A stretch of DNA of 64,000 nt from Dehalococcoidia bacterium (GCA_965248065.1 OZ252088.1:2002389-2066388), one strand, 5' to 3'. Counted from the first letter of the stretch, positions 45,711 through 55,794 are shown. A program made the numbers and translations. The notes: a model not told the origin generated them from the letters alone.

Positions 45711-47341
45711 TGGACGGCGCGACGCTCGTCCTGGACCTCGGCAGCAGCCGAATGCGCTGCTCGAGCGTTGCGGACTCGCATCCGGTCCGGCCGGTCGAGA
45801 TTGCGTCGGCCCCCTACCCCATCATCGGCGCGGGTAGCGGCGGACTGGCGCGGAGCTTCAATCCGCGCCTCCTGCGGACGCGGCTGTTCGACGTGCTCGC
45901 GAAGGCCGCCCGCGAGGTGGGGCCGGGAAACGTCGAGACAATCGCGGTTGTCGGGCAAAGGTGCGCGGCCTGTTTCTTCGACACGGAGCTTCGGACGGTG
46001 TACGCCGGGCCGCAAACCGACATACGCGCGGTCTTCGAGGGCGGCGCGATAGATGAGGAGCACGGCCCGCTCGTGCACGCGACAGCCGGTCATCTGCCGT
46101 CGCTGATGCTCGTCCCCGCCAAGCTCCGCTGGTGGCGGACGCACCGTCCGCGCGCGGCAAGCCGCATCGCCAAAGCGTCGGGGCTGGACGCGTGGGCTGC
46201 GCTTCAGCTCACCGGCTCGCTGGCCGAGACGCCCCACGGGCTAGCCGAGCTTGGCCTGCTCGACGTGTCGGCGCGAGCGCCCGCGACCGGGCTGCTCGAT
46301 ACGCTGGGCATACCCATGGACATCCTGCCTTGTCTGCTGCCGCTAGGCGCTGCGGCGGGCCGTCTGACGCGCGACGCCGCCGACGCGACGGGCCTCTCCT
46401 CGACGGTTGAGGTGCGCCTGGCGGGGCCCGACGCGCAGGCCGCGGCGGTTGGGAGCGGCGCCGTATCGGATGGCTCGGCGTCAGTCCCGGCAGGATGGAG
46501 CGCGCCCGCGCAGGTGACGACGGCGGCCTCGACCTTCGACCCGCGACGGCGCACGTGGACGACGCTCCACTCCGTGGACGGGCGGTGGGTGGTCGAGGGG
46601 AACCCCGGCGACACGGGGGGCGCCGTCGATATCATTCGCCGTCTGCTCGGACCGCGCGTGACGCCCGCGCGGTTCGATGCGCTCGCGGCCAACGCGCCGG
46701 AGACCACGCGCGTCGTCGCGGCGTTCCTCGGCCCACGGGCGCTCGACCTGTCGAACCCCGGTATGACGATGGGGGGTCTGCTGTCGCCGGTTCCCATCAC
46801 TCAGGAAGGCCTCGATTCCGGCACGGTCGCCCGCGCGGCGCTGGAGAACGTGGCGTTCGCTATCCGCGAGAGCTTGTCCTTGGCCCGCGAGGTGGTCGGG
46901 CAGGCTTACCACCAACAGATTAGAGAGGGGGGCGAGGTTCCCGCCTTCGCGGGAATGACGGAGGGGAGCGGCCCCCTCTCTAGCTCTCCCCCGCAGACGG
47001 GAGAGAGAACCCCCTCTCTAGCTCTCCCCCGCAGATGGGGGAGAGAACCGGAGCCGGCGGACGCGGTGGCGTTGTCGGGGGGAATGGCGGAGAGCAGCGT
47101 CTTTCCCGGCCTCTTGGCGGACGTGCTCGGCGAGCCGGTGCGGATCCATCGCAAGGCGACGGCCATCGGCGCGGTGATGATCGCGACGACTCCGCCCCTG
47201 GAGCTGGCGGCGCGGTCGGCGGCGCTCGCGGCGGAGGGCGAATTCGTCGAGCCTGGGGAAGGCTCCCTGGAAGCGAACGAGCTCTACGAGCGCTGGCTGC
47301 GTCTGTGCGCCAAGCTCGATGGGCTGGCGGGGGAGCTGTAG
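45710..47341 (+). CDS. FGGY-family carbohydrate kinase carrying an in-frame REP-repeat insertion
   Basis: The start ATG overlaps the EamA stop (GTGATGG). LVLDLGSSRMR is the N-terminal motif and GGMAESSVFPGLLADVLGEPV the C-terminal motif. The extended ORF start at 45437 was rejected. Confidence 0.8.
   Translation: MDGATLVLDLGSSRMRCSSVADSHPVRPVEIASAPYPIIGAGSGGLARSFNPRLLRTRLFDVLAKAAREVGPGNVETIAVVGQRCAACFFDTELRTVYAGPQTDIRAVFEGGAIDEEHGPLVHATAGHLPSLMLVPAKLRWWRTHRPRAASRIAKASGLDAWAALQLTGSLAETPHGLAELGLLDVSARAPATGLLDTLGIPMDILPCLLPLGAAAGRLTRDAADATGLSSTVEVRLAGPDAQAAAVGSGAVSDGSASVPAGWSAPAQVTTAASTFDPRRRTWTTLHSVDGRWVVEGNPGDTGGAVDIIRRLLGPRVTPARFDALAANAPETTRVVAAFLGPRALDLSNPGMTMGGLLSPVPITQEGLDSGTVARAALENVAFAIRESLSLAREVVGQAYHQQIREGGEVPAFAGMTEGSGPLSSSPPQTGERTPSLALPRRWGREPEPADAVALSGGMAESSVFPGLLADVLGEPVRIHRKATAIGAVMIATTPPLELAARSAALAAEGEFVEPGEGSLEANELYERWLRLCAKLDGLAGEL
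46936..47046. repeat. REP-like repeats inside a coding sequence (A 46936-46961; B 46971-47007; B 47009-47046)
   Basis: Same modules as the intergenic copies, translated in frame as EVPAFAGMTEGSGPLSSSPPQTGERTPSLALPRRWGRE. Confidence 0.75.
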
Positions 47342-48634
47342 ATGGACCCGCAGCTCGCCGCCTTCCCGCGCCGCCGCGTCATCTGGGCGCAGTACTTCAT
47401 GTCGTTCTCGTGGAGCCTCGGCCTCTGGGCGGCCGTGCCCGTCATTCCCATCCTCTCGCTACAGCTCAACGAGAACCTCGCGATGGCAGGGTTGGTCGTC
47501 TCGATAGGCGGCGCGGGGCGGTTCTTCGTGAGTTACATCACCGGGCCCCTGCTGGACAGGTTCGGGCGCCGGGGCATCGGGGGCATCGGCGTGTTCATCC
47601 GCATGGTGTTCTCCTTCCTGGAGGGCCTGTCGCCGACCTATTTCTCGCTCCTGGCCTTCCGGTTCGGCTCCGGCATCGGCACGTCGGTCTGGGGCACGGC
47701 GCAGCAGACCATCACGGCGGACGTTTCGACACCCCAGGACCGCGGCCGCATCAGCGGGCGCAAGCAGGGGTTCGCGCAGTTCGGCGGCATCATCGGGCCG
47801 ATAGTGGGCGGCGCGGCGTGGGCCCTGACCGACGACATCCGCGTGCCGTTCTTCATCAACGGCTTCAGCAAGATGGCCTGCCTCCTGGTGATGATCTTCA
47901 TCATGGTCGAAACGCGGCAACTTTCGGCGCTCGCCACGCCCGCCTCGCCGACCCCCGCCAGAGAAACGGCGCGTCTTGCGAGGCCTAGCCTCATCGTCCG
48001 CTTGGGCGGCGTGCCGTCGGCCATAGCCGCCCTGGCCGCGACGGGATTTCTGTACGTGTTGATCGGGACGTTCGCGGTGAACCTGATGCGCTCGACGGTG
48101 CAGGACCTCATACTGCCGGTCTACGTGGAGCAGGCGCTCGGGCTGGCGGAATCACAGCTGGGCATCGTAATCGCGGCGATGGGCATCGGCGGGCTGCTGA
48201 CGTCGTTCGGCGGAGGGTGGGCGACGGACCGGTGGGGGGTGCAAGCCGTGCTCGTGCCCGGCGCGCTGCTAGCGGCGGCCGGCCTGACGCTGACGGCGCA
48301 GGGCCCCGGTCTCGCAGGCATGGTGCTTCTGGCGATGGCGCTCGGCGGGGCCGCAAGCCTCGTCATGGTCGGCACGCACGCCTTCTCCATCGACGTCTCG
48401 CCACGCGGGGCGCGAGGGAGGTTCTTTGGTCAGACGCAGGCCGCGGGGCACCTGGCGACGTTCGTCGGCCCCTTCGCCGTCGGCGGCATCGCGGACCTCT
48501 TCGGGCTGGCGACGGCGTTCTACGTCATCGGCGCGGTCTTCCTCTTCATGGCGCCCGTCGGCGTCGCCATGGGGATCGTCGGCCCGCGCGTGCGGGCGCG
48601 GCAGGCGGAGGAGGCTGAGCGGCCGCTATCCTAG
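47342..48634 (+). CDS. MFS transporter
   Basis: 430 aa, 12 TM pattern, with GPLLDRFGRRG loop motif. Confidence 0.8.
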   Translation: MDPQLAAFPRRRVIWAQYFMSFSWSLGLWAAVPVIPILSLQLNENLAMAGLVVSIGGAGRFFVSYITGPLLDRFGRRGIGGIGVFIRMVFSFLEGLSPTYFSLLAFRFGSGIGTSVWGTAQQTITADVSTPQDRGRISGRKQGFAQFGGIIGPIVGGAAWALTDDIRVPFFINGFSKMACLLVMIFIMVETRQLSALATPASPTPARETARLARPSLIVRLGGVPSAIAALAATGFLYVLIGTFAVNLMRSTVQDLILPVYVEQALGLAESQLGIVIAAMGIGGLLTSFGGGWATDRWGVQAVLVPGALLAAAGLTLTAQGPGLAGMVLLAMALGGAASLVMVGTHAFSIDVSPRGARGRFFGQTQAAGHLATFVGPFAVGGIADLFGLATAFYVIGAVFLFMAPVGVAMGIVGPRVRARQAEEAERPLS

Positions 48635-48694
48635 AGCGAACTTCAGACAAGGCCCGCCACGAACCATCCCTCCGCGGCTGCTATCCTTAGGCGG

Positions 48695-49384
48695 ATGACC
48701 AACGCCGACGACACACGCTATGAGCAGCAGCGGCGCGAGGTGCTCGACGCGGCGCGGGCGATGCACCGCAACGGGCTCGTCGTGGCGTCGTCGGGGAACG
48801 TCAGCGCGCGCATACCCGGCGATGCCGAGCTGCTCGCCATCACGACCGCCGGCAAGGACTACGAGTCGATGGGGCTGGAGCAGGTCGTCGTCGTCGATTT
48901 CGACGGCGAGCCGGTCGAAGGGGACGGACTGCCATCCACGGAAATGCTGCTGCACGTGGCCATCTACCGGGCGCGGCCCGACGTGCGCGCGGTGATGCAC
49001 ACTCATTCGGTGTACGCGAGCGCCCTAGCCGTGGCAGGGCAGCCGCTCCCGCCGCTGATCGACGAGATGGTGGTGCTCCTTGGCGACAGCATCCAGGTGT
49101 CGGAGTACACGTTCCCCGGCACGGAGGAGATCGGCGACGCCGTCGTGGCGGCGTTGGGCGAGCGCAACGCGGCGCTCATCCGGAACCACGGATTGGTCGG
49201 CGTCGGGGGAAGCGTCGGGCAGGCGTTGAACGTGTGTCTGCTCGCCGAGCGCATCGCCCACATCTATACGGCGGCGAAGGCGCTCGGCAACGCCTCGCCG
49301 CTCCCGGAGGACGCGGTGGCGACGGAGATGGAGCTATTGAGGATGCGCAGGGAGGCGGAGCAACGGGGACGAGGCAATAGATGA
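48695..49384 (+). CDS. Class II aldolase/adducin family protein
   Basis: SSGNVSARIPG and the HTHS metal-binding region. Confidence 0.85.
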   Translation: MTNADDTRYEQQRREVLDAARAMHRNGLVVASSGNVSARIPGDAELLAITTAGKDYESMGLEQVVVVDFDGEPVEGDGLPSTEMLLHVAIYRARPDVRAVMHTHSVYASALAVAGQPLPPLIDEMVVLLGDSIQVSEYTFPGTEEIGDAVVAALGERNAALIRNHGLVGVGGSVGQALNVCLLAERIAHIYTAAKALGNASPLPEDAVATEMELLRMRREAEQRGRGNR

Positions 49385-49749
49385 AGGTGCCCTCATTCCT
49401 GCTGCGGCGGCTGTACGTGAAGGGGAGCCTGCGAGCGACGGCGGACGGGTTCGCGTTCGAGCTGCGAAACCAGCTGGGTTCGGGGTACGCGAAACGCCTG
49501 CTCCCGCTCACGCTCGACGGCGACGATCTCGATATGTCCGCGACGACGTTCGAGATCGAGGGGAAGAAGGCCACGTTCGACGCCGTATCCGGCGATACGC
49601 CCTTCACCCTCGCGATGAACAAGACGACGATAGTGGCCTACTCCGGGGGCGCAATTGCGCCGGGGCCGCACAAGGTGGGGATGCGGTTCGAGGTGGCCGG
49701 CCTCGGCGAGCTGGGCTTCGACTTCACCGACAACGCCGCTCCCGGCTGA
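49381..49749 (+). CDS. Hypothetical protein (122 aa), translationally coupled to the aldolase
   Basis: ATGA overlap at 49381-49384. No motif recognised. Confidence 0.5.
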   Translation: MKVPSFLLRRLYVKGSLRATADGFAFELRNQLGSGYAKRLLPLTLDGDDLDMSATTFEIEGKKATFDAVSGDTPFTLAMNKTTIVAYSGGAIAPGPHKVGMRFEVAGLGELGFDFTDNAAPG

Positions 49750-49753
49750 CGCG

Positions 49754-50713
49754 ATGACCACACAACAGACCGGCGGGCAGCGCCAACTGACAGTGGCCGT
49801 CACCGGCGCCGCCGGGTACATCGGCAAGCGCCTCGTGGAACGTCTCCTGCAGAAGGAGGGCATCCGCCGCATCGTAGGCGTGGATATCCGGCCCTCGGTG
49901 ATCGAGGACGTCCGCTACACCCACGTCCAACAGGACATCCGCGCTCCCCTCGGCGCCGTGTTCGAAAACGCCGGCGTGGAGGTTGCCGCGCATCTCGCGT
50001 TCGTCCTGCGCCAGACGCGCAAGCGGGAGGAGGGCTGGGGCGTCAACGTCGGCGGCGCAGCCAACCTGCTCAAGGCGTGCGAGTCGGCCAACGTGCGGCG
50101 CGTCGTGCTCATGTCGAGCGCGACTGTCTACGGCCCCCGGCCCGGCAATCCCGACGCGCTTACGGAAGAGGCGGCGCTCCATCCGCCGAGGGGGTTCGCC
50201 TATGCGGAAGACAAGGCGGCGTGCGAGGCGCGCTTCCTGCGGTTCCGGCAGCAGGGGGACGACCGCGAGGTCTCGATCCTCCGGGGGTGCGTCGTGATGG
50301 GGCCGAACGCGAGCAACTTCATCACGAGCGCGCTGGACAAGCCTCTGCTGATCGGCGTGCGGGGCGCGGACCCGCCGATGCAGTTCGTCCACGAGGACGA
50401 CCTCATCGAGCTGCTTGCGCGGTTCGTGACGGAGTCTCATCCCGGCGTCTACAACGTCGCCGCGCCGGGAGGCGTGCGGTGGTCGGAGGTCGTGGCGATG
50501 GCGGGCAAGCGAATGCTCTCCCTACCCGCCCCCCTCGCCTACGGGCTGACCAACCTGGCGTGGACGGCCCGAGCGCAGAGCGAGGCGCCCGCAGTCGGCC
50601 TCGACTTCATACGATGGCCGTGGACCGTCAGCACGGCCAAACTTGAAGCCGAGCTAGGCCACCGATTCGCACACTCATCCCGCGCGGCGCTGGAGTCGTA
50701 CCTGCGGCTTTAG
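49754..50713 (+). CDS. NAD-dependent epimerase/dehydratase (extended SDR)
   Basis: VAVTGAAGYIGKRL Rossmann motif and a YAEDK-type catalytic YxxxK. The longer ORF start at 49655 was rejected. Confidence 0.85.
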   Translation: MTTQQTGGQRQLTVAVTGAAGYIGKRLVERLLQKEGIRRIVGVDIRPSVIEDVRYTHVQQDIRAPLGAVFENAGVEVAAHLAFVLRQTRKREEGWGVNVGGAANLLKACESANVRRVVLMSSATVYGPRPGNPDALTEEAALHPPRGFAYAEDKAACEARFLRFRQQGDDREVSILRGCVVMGPNASNFITSALDKPLLIGVRGADPPMQFVHEDDLIELLARFVTESHPGVYNVAAPGGVRWSEVVAMAGKRMLSLPAPLAYGLTNLAWTARAQSEAPAVGLDFIRWPWTVSTAKLEAELGHRFAHSSRAALESYLRL

Positions 50714-52893
50714 GACTCGCCGCCCTCTCTCGGAAGCGCGCGCCAGACGCGCTCGGCGAGCAGCGGCATGTCGACTGCGCCGGACCCGGCTCCCGCGCGG
50801 ATGAGGGCGTCGACGACGGCGTTGGTCACGGCCACGGGCGCGGCCACCGTCGGCAGTTCGCCGATGCCCTTGATGCCCAGCGGGTTGGTCGGCGAGGGCG
50901 TCTGCTGGTTCTCCAGTTGGAACGTCGGCAACGACTCCGCGATGGGGATGCCGTACGACATGAAGCTGCCGGTCTGCGGATAGCCCGCTGCCGTGTAGAG
51001 CATCCCCTCGCTCAGCGCCTGCCCGATGCCCTGCGCGATGCCGCCTTGGATCTGCCCGCGCACAATGACCGGGTTAATCATCGGCCCGCAGTCGTGCACC
51101 GCCGCGTAGTCCGTGAGGCGCACGTCGCCGGTGCCCTCGTCCAGCTCCACGACCGCCACGTGCGCAGCGAACCCGAACGGGTTGGCGGGCAGCTCCCACT
51201 CCAGTTCCACGGTGATGCCGTTCGCGGGGATCTTACCGCCTGCGGCATCCAGCTGTTGTTTCACTTCCAAGAGCGCCATATAGGCCGCGTTGCCGCCCAC
51301 GGCGAGGCCCCGGCTCGACGTGGTGCCGCCGCCCGACGCGAGTTCGTCCGTGTCGCCGTGGTGCAACTCCACCGCCTCCGGAGGCACGCCGAGCGTGTCC
51401 GCCGCTATCTGCGAGAACGACGTGGCCGTGCCCTGTCCGTGCGGGGATACGTCCGTGACGATGACGACGCGCCCGTCCGGCGTCATCTCGACGCGGGCGA
51501 GGCTCTTCCGCACGTTCGCCTTGCCGCCCGAGGCCTTAGTGACCGTTGCGACGCCGACGCCGGTACGGAACGGGCCGCTCTCGGATGCCTGCCGCTCGCG
51601 GAGCGCGCCGTACCCGGCCATGTCGAGCGCGCGGTCGAACGCGGCGTCAAAGTTGCCGGAGTCGTAGACTAGGCCGGTGGCCGTCTGGTAGGGGAAGGCG
51701 TCGGCAGGGATGAAGTTGCGTCGGCGTATCTCGGCGGGGTCCATGCCGAGCTGCCGCGCAGCGTCGTCCATGATGCGCTCGATGGGCACGGCGGCCTCCG
51801 GTCCGCCCGCGCCGCGGTACGGGCCGGTGGGCGGCCGGTTGGTCGTCACGCCGAGGCATTCCACGTCCATCGCGGGGATGGCGTACGGCCCGGCGACGCG
51901 CTGCACTGCGTTGCCGAGCGGCCCGCCGCTGGACGTGAGGAAGTACGCGCCCATGTCAGCAATCATGCGGATGCGGACGCCAAGGACCGCGCCGTCTGTC
52001 CGCACGGCGGCCTGCACGTCCGCCGTGAAGCCGCGACCGTGCGACGCGAGCGTGCTCTCCGAGCGCTGCTCCGTCCACTTGACCGGCGCGCCGAGCTGCA
52101 CAGCCGCGTACGCCGTCGCCACCTCCTCCGGCCACACCTCGATCTTCCGCCCGAAACCGCCGCCTACGTCCGGGGTGATGACGCGCACGTCCAGATCGCC
52201 GGGGAGCAGCATCGCGAGGAACGTCTTCACGCGGTGCGGCACCTGTGTGGACGTCCACACCGTGAGCCGTCCGCTCTCTGCGTCCGGCGCGGCCACGATG
52301 CCCCGGCACTCCATCGGCATCGCGACGAGGCGCGGTATCTCGTAGGTCGCCTCGACGATCTCATCCGCCGTCTCGAACGCGCGGGCGACGTCGCCCGCGC
52401 CCGCCGACGTGCGCATCACAACGTTCGTGCCGATGTCCGGGTGCAGCGGGCTGGCGTCCGCCGCCGATATGCGCGGGTCGAGCAGGGGCGGGAGCGGCTC
52501 ATAGTCGACGACGATGCGGTCGCGCGCGTCGAAGGCTGCTGCCTTGGTCGACGCCACGACGATGGCGACGGGCTGGCCGACATAGCAGACGCGGCCGCGC
52601 GCCAGCACGGGGTGCTCGGGCACCGGCGTCTCGCCCATGCCCTCGCGGCGTATCGCGCCGATGTCAGGCACGACGCCGTCCAGGTCCGCGCCGGTGTAGA
52701 CGGCGGCGACGCCCGGACTCGCCAGCGCGCCGGCGGCGTCCACGGAGCGGATGCGGGCGTGCGGCTCCGTGCTGCGAAGCACGGCGGCGTGGAGCATCCC
52801 GTCCAACTGGATGTCATCGACGAACTGCCCACTGCCGCGCAGCAGCCGGTCGTCCTCCATGCGGGCCATGCCCTGACCGCGATAGGTGGTCAT
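50710..52893 (-). CDS. Xanthine dehydrogenase/CoxL-family molybdopterin-binding large subunit (orphan, no adjacent small or medium subunit)
   Basis: 727 aa with the N-terminal RMEDDRLLRGSGQFVDDI... pattern of aldehyde oxidase/XDH a/b-hammerhead proteins. Confidence 0.9.
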   Translation of the reverse strand: MTTYRGQGMARMEDDRLLRGSGQFVDDIQLDGMLHAAVLRSTEPHARIRSVDAAGALASPGVAAVYTGADLDGVVPDIGAIRREGMGETPVPEHPVLARGRVCYVGQPVAIVVASTKAAAFDARDRIVVDYEPLPPLLDPRISAADASPLHPDIGTNVVMRTSAGAGDVARAFETADEIVEATYEIPRLVAMPMECRGIVAAPDAESGRLTVWTSTQVPHRVKTFLAMLLPGDLDVRVITPDVGGGFGRKIEVWPEEVATAYAAVQLGAPVKWTEQRSESTLASHGRGFTADVQAAVRTDGAVLGVRIRMIADMGAYFLTSSGGPLGNAVQRVAGPYAIPAMDVECLGVTTNRPPTGPYRGAGGPEAAVPIERIMDDAARQLGMDPAEIRRRNFIPADAFPYQTATGLVYDSGNFDAAFDRALDMAGYGALRERQASESGPFRTGVGVATVTKASGGKANVRKSLARVEMTPDGRVVIVTDVSPHGQGTATSFSQIAADTLGVPPEAVELHHGDTDELASGGGTTSSRGLAVGGNAAYMALLEVKQQLDAAGGKIPANGITVELEWELPANPFGFAAHVAVVELDEGTGDVRLTDYAAVHDCGPMINPVIVRGQIQGGIAQGIGQALSEGMLYTAAGYPQTGSFMSYGIPIAESLPTFQLENQQTPSPTNPLGIKGIGELPTVAAPVAVTNAVVDALIRAGAGSGAVDMPLLAERVWRALPREGGES

Positions 52894-52895
52894 GG

Positions 52896-53903
52896 CTACT
52901 CCACCGGCAACACCGGAATGTGAAGCTGTACGTAGGTGCCGGGAATCTGCTGCCAGCAGATGAACCGCAGGTCTTCGTCATGCGGGTTGAGCGTCTCGTG
53001 TCTGCTCCCCGCGGGGATACACGTGAAGTCGCCCGCCTGCACGGTGACCCGCTGCTCGCCGATGACCTCGACCCCCTGCCCTGCGATGTAGTAGCGAACG
53101 GCGTCGCCGGACGTTTGTGGGGTGCCATGGTCGGTCTTTCCCGGCACGTTCTCCATGAAGAGCTGGAACGAGTAGATGTCGAACCCAAGCTCCGGGGAGA
53201 TGATGTGGTGTCTGCCGGGGCCCCATTCCATAATCGGAGCGTCGGCGGCTTTGACGTAGAGGCGCTTCTGCTCCCGCCTACGCTGCACCTCGAGCGCGAC
53301 GCGTCCGAACACCATCTGCTCTTCGAGGTACCGCAGGTAGAGCGGCCACGGCTCGAGCTTGGAGAGCTCGGCATCCGAGAGGTCGCTGACCTCGGGCGCC
53401 TTGTTCGGCGCCGTGAAGTGGACGAACGGCGTCGCGACCTGCCGGTAGGTGCCGGGGAACTGCTGCGCGGCCAGGAAGACGAGCGGCTCCGGGTGAGGGT
53501 TCTCGGTGCCGTGCCAGATATTGGCCGGGACGTGGCAGAAGTCGCCGACCCCCACGTCGAAGCGAACGTCCTCGATGAGCTCCTGGCCGGACCCTTTGAC
53601 GTAGTACTTCAACGCGTCGCCATGGGTGTGATAGCGCTCGGAGCCGCCGGCGCGCCCCGACGTGAAGACGTGGAGGTTGTGGACGTTGAAGCCGAGCTCC
53701 GGCCCAACGATCATGCGCTGGTTGGGCCCGGCCCCTTGCACGTCGGCCTCCGCTGCCGGTACGTGGACGCGGCCCGCCTTGCGCCGTTTGTCCAGCGCGA
53801 GCGCCGCACGCCCGAAGTTGACCTGCTTCTCCATGTAGAGCGCGTAGAGCTCCTCGGGCGAGAGCTCCCCAAGCTCCTCAGGCAGTACGCCGTCGGTCGT
53901 CAT
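52896..53903 (-). CDS. Bicupin protein
   Basis: Two cupin motifs (HTHGDALKYYVKGSG...CHVPANIWHGTEN and SGDAVRYYIAGQG...TCIPAGSRHETLN). ATG at 53903 after GGAGGAGAGG. The upstream 290 codons of the listed ORF are antisense to the aldolase and were rejected. Confidence 0.75.
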   Translation of the reverse strand: MTTDGVLPEELGELSPEELYALYMEKQVNFGRAALALDKRRKAGRVHVPAAEADVQGAGPNQRMIVGPELGFNVHNLHVFTSGRAGGSERYHTHGDALKYYVKGSGQELIEDVRFDVGVGDFCHVPANIWHGTENPHPEPLVFLAAQQFPGTYRQVATPFVHFTAPNKAPEVSDLSDAELSKLEPWPLYLRYLEEQMVFGRVALEVQRRREQKRLYVKAADAPIMEWGPGRHHIISPELGFDIYSFQLFMENVPGKTDHGTPQTSGDAVRYYIAGQGVEVIGEQRVTVQAGDFTCIPAGSRHETLNPHDEDLRFICWQQIPGTYVQLHIPVLPVE

Positions 53904-54026
53904 CCTCTCCTCCGCCTCGTGTCTAGTGGTTTGCGTGAGGCTAGGCGCGCCGACAAGGGGTGTCAACATCAGGACATGGCCGCGCCTTGACACCGTTCCG
54001 GCCTCGTCACTAGCATCCGCCACACT

Positions 54027-54794
54027 ATGGCAGACGACGCCCAAACCAAGGCCCTTCGTGAGCAGGTCGCTCTCGCGAACCGCCTGCTGCACCACTATGG
54101 CCTCGGCTCCTACCAAGGACACGTGAGCGCGCGCGTGCCGGACTCCGATCTCGTCCTCATCCGTGCGACACCGGCCGTCAGCCTGGAGCGCGTCGAAGGC
54201 GACGACCTCATGCTCATCGACCTCGACGGCAACGTCGTGCAGGCCAGAGAGCGCTATCCGGGGCGCGTCGGCTCGTGGGCGCTGCACACCGAGATATACA
54301 AGGCGCGGCCCGAGGTGAACGCCGTCACGCACACGCACCAGAAGTGGTGCACCGTGTTCGGCCTCGCCGGACGCGACGTGCTGCCCGTCATCCACCCCCC
54401 GACGGCGTCCGTCGCGGCGGAGCGGTGGCCGGTCTACACCGGCACGCCGGACGCGATCGACTCGCCGGAGAAGGGTGCTGCGGTCGCCGCCTTGCTGGGC
54501 GGGAACGTGGCGTGCCACCTGAAGGGACATGGGATGGTCTTCGTGGGCACGACGGTCTCGAAGTCCATGCTGGCGGCAGCCGACGCGGAGGAGCAAGCCG
54601 AGGTGACGTGGCGGGCGATGCTGGCGGGCAGGCCGGAGGCCATCGAGGAGCGCTACCTCGCCGACGACGCCGCGAAGCGCTGGGAGCCGCCCCGCCCCGA
54701 CGTGCGCGACGGCGTCGCCCGCGGCGAGTGGGGCAACCAGGAGTGGCTGGACGAGCACCGCGACGCATCCTACGTCCGCCACCCGGGGCTATGA
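54027..54794 (+). CDS. Class II aldolase/adducin family protein
   Basis: YQGHVSARVP and the VTHTHQ metal site. Confidence 0.8.
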   Translation: MADDAQTKALREQVALANRLLHHYGLGSYQGHVSARVPDSDLVLIRATPAVSLERVEGDDLMLIDLDGNVVQARERYPGRVGSWALHTEIYKARPEVNAVTHTHQKWCTVFGLAGRDVLPVIHPPTASVAAERWPVYTGTPDAIDSPEKGAAVAALLGGNVACHLKGHGMVFVGTTVSKSMLAAADAEEQAEVTWRAMLAGRPEAIEERYLADDAAKRWEPPRPDVRDGVARGEWGNQEWLDEHRDASYVRHPGL

Positions 54795-54822
54795 CCATTC
54801 CCTCGGCCATTCCCGCCCACCT

Positions 54823-54856
54823 CCGTCATTTGTATGTTGCAGAAGCGGGAATCCAG
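54823..54856. repeat. Degenerate REP module A in reverse orientation
   Basis: ccgtcatt...gcagaagcgggaatccag, with one stem arm mutated. Confidence 0.4.
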
Positions 54857-55004
54857 TGAGCGGCGCAGAGAGCCGCTCGTAGTGTGAGGGAGTGCAGAGG
54901 GGCGCGCCCCTCTGCCGGGGATGTGGGGGTATCCCCACAGGCGTTCGGGCGGGTGGGTGGGAAGAACAACGTTGCGCCAAGCGCGGAGTGTAGGAGGCGA
55001 ACCG

Positions 55005-55748
55005 ATGGACAACGACGCGCTGGCAGCCCTACGCGAGACGGTCGCCGTCTCCCACCGCCTCCTCTACCTCACCGGCCTCGGCACGACGCGCGGCCACACC
55101 AGCGCGCGCATCCCCGATACCGACACCTTCTTCATCAAGCCGTGGCCCCACATCCAGATGCACCGCGTCCGCGCCGAGGACCTCATCGCGATGGACTTCG
55201 ACGGCAACATCGTCGGCGCGGGCGACCGCAAGATCACCAAGGTCAGCGAGTGGCCCATCCACGCCGAGATCTACCGCACGCACACGGACGTCGGCTCCAT
55301 CATCCACACGCACCAGAAGTGGGCGACGATGATGGGAGTCGCGGGCGCGACCATCCTCCCGCTCCTCGACCCCGAGCTCGCGACCGCCGTCGCCCACGAG
55401 CCCGTCATGTTCGACGAGGACAAGGCGCTGATACGCAGCGTGGAGCAGGGCAAGACGGTCGCCGCGCGGATGCAGGGCGCGAACGCCTGCCACCTGCAGA
55501 ACCACGGCATGGTCTTCTCCGGCCCGAACGTCGAGACCGCCACGATAGACGCCATCGCAATCGAGCACCTGGCCGAGATGACGTGGCGCGCGCAGCTCAT
55601 CGGCGCGCCCGAGGCGATGCCCTCGCTCGTCCTCCAGCCGTCGCTCAACCGCCGCGCCCGCGGCGAAGTCTCCGAAGCGTGGGAGCACTACTGGAAATGG
55701 GTCGACGCCAACCCGGAGTCGCTCCGGCCAAGGTCAGCGGATATCTAG
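55005..55748 (+). CDS. Class II aldolase/adducin family protein
   Basis: ATG at 55005 after AGGAGG. RGHTSARIPD and IIHTHQ motifs. Confidence 0.8.
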   Translation: MDNDALAALRETVAVSHRLLYLTGLGTTRGHTSARIPDTDTFFIKPWPHIQMHRVRAEDLIAMDFDGNIVGAGDRKITKVSEWPIHAEIYRTHTDVGSIIHTHQKWATMMGVAGATILPLLDPELATAVAHEPVMFDEDKALIRSVEQGKTVAARMQGANACHLQNHGMVFSGPNVETATIDAIAIEHLAEMTWRAQLIGAPEAMPSLVLQPSLNRRARGEVSEAWEHYWKWVDANPESLRPRSADI

Positions 55749-55794
55749 GGGAAACCTAAGCCGCAACCGTCTGGCAAGTACAGGTTCTCTGCCC

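Noticed and set aside
53904-54782. N-terminal ~290 codons of the 628 aa ORF 52896..54782.
   Set aside because: This part is antisense to the class II aldolase 54027..54794. The real bicupin starts at ATG 53903, behind a strong RBS.
2856-54856. Could the recurring REP units be a CRISPR array?
   Set aside because: The copies are dispersed or irregularly clustered, there is no constant repeat-spacer periodicity, the repeats are internally palindromic with two different modules, and there are no cas genes.
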